This document shows positions 63,170 through 64,000 of a stretch of DNA of 64,000 bases, piece by piece. The DNA lies in contig NMRA01000568.1 in the NCBI GenBank assembly GCA_002633005.1, forward strand, positions 1 to 64,000, in the 5' to 3' direction. The translations under genes and the position numbers were made by a program. Under the pieces are notes generated by a model. It was not told where the DNA came from, ran no database searches, and saw only the letters and a program-made list of their open reading frames with translations. This DNA comes from Phoronis australis (taxonomy: Eukaryota; Animalia; Phoronida). The first letter of the stretch is position 1. Each line of letters begins with the position of its first letter.

Positions 63170-63843
63170 TCTAGTTGCCGTAAGTATTGGTATGTTTTTT
63201 GGAGATCGATTCAACATCAGACAACTTGATTTTTGGTAACGTTGATAAGTCTTTTGACCACAGCACCTTGCAGGACGATGCCATGTTTGTCAAGGCGCCT
63301 CGTTTTCGATCAACACGACAGCAGCGCCCCGCGTTCGTGAAAGAGGTGAATAGGGGTCACGCATTTTGAGAACCTCTTTGATACCCAAGCTGACGACGTG
63401 ATAACAAAATTAGCTATTCTTGTGGTTTGTCTTAGAATGTTAACCAGTAATGTACTTTACTTTATAGCGTGATGCGTGACGACCGTCGAAAGAGCACTTG
63501 ATACGCCATGTGCTTTCGAAGTAGCCGCGCCATATTTAAATTCATTATCCCTCCAGACGACGATCAGGGCTTCAGCGCCACCTACAGATCCCATATAATG
63601 GTGGCGGGAGTTTTCAACCTACTGATACAAACACCGTCAAGTTTCCATTGCTACGCGTTGGGATGTATTAATGCCTTAAAAAGGGGCTACCTTTTCAAAT
63701 ATCAATGGATGAACAAGAATATCATATTTCATACATTTCCCACTGAAATGAATCCAAGCCATAGCCAGTGGCTTCGGCTGTTAAAGCGCGAGAATTTCGA
63801 CCCCAGCCGGTGTCAAAAATTTAAAATAAATTAGTGGACTTTA
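63170..63843. mobile_element. ISL2EU/Kolobok-type remnant with divergent gene starts: THAP (+) and YqaJ/SWIM-type N-terminus (-)
   Basis: Plus about 63630-63810: FHCYALGCINA...IFHTFPTEMNPSHSQWLRLLKRENFDP (truncated THAP). Minus from about 63284: MASSCKVLWSKDLSTLPKIKLSDV. GTGGACT|TTAA at 63834-63843. Confidence 0.6.
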
Positions 63844-64000
63844 AGTAGTCCAAACAATGTGAGAGGCTAAAAGTGGGATTTATTCCTCTGCTTTTAAATT
63901 AATGAGCCACTATCTAGTTATTGAATTTTTGTACACCAAATCTGAATCAAGTTCAAGCGGAAATAACTTTTGTGCTCTCATTACGCTAGAGGGCGCCGAT

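Overview
AT-rich, intron-containing, repeat-dense eukaryotic DNA, probably from an invertebrate animal; this is inferred from the gene and transposon content, and no species call is possible. No CRISPR, rRNA or intact tRNA was found. Three host genes are supported. (1) The first two coding exons of a PEX1 homolog on the minus strand, running off the left edge. (2) A four-exon single-domain rhodanese (TSTD1/TSTD3-like, about 186 aa, mitochondrial-type leader) on the plus strand, head-to-head with PEX1 across about 560 bp. (3) A GT31 beta-1,3-galactosyltransferase with a single coding exon (about 28.5-29.9 kb). A decayed TRPC-like channel exon lies at about 36.1-36.7 kb. The rest is nested, mostly decayed mobile DNA: a Tx1/L1 LINE, a CR1/L2 fragment, a gypsy gag, a Gmr1-type LTR element lacking RT/RNaseH, Academ and hAT remnants, Kolobok-type deletion derivatives keeping THAP plus partner-gene 5' ends, several TIR MITEs (one family carrying a tRNA-like Pol III cassette), many minisatellites and a 657-N assembly gap. 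All homology calls come from motif recognition by eye; no database searches were run. I found no convincing wholly new biological system. The best leads are the tRNA-cassette MITE family, the recurrent two-headed THAP derivatives, the RT-less Gmr1 element and the PEX1/rhodanese bidirectional pair.
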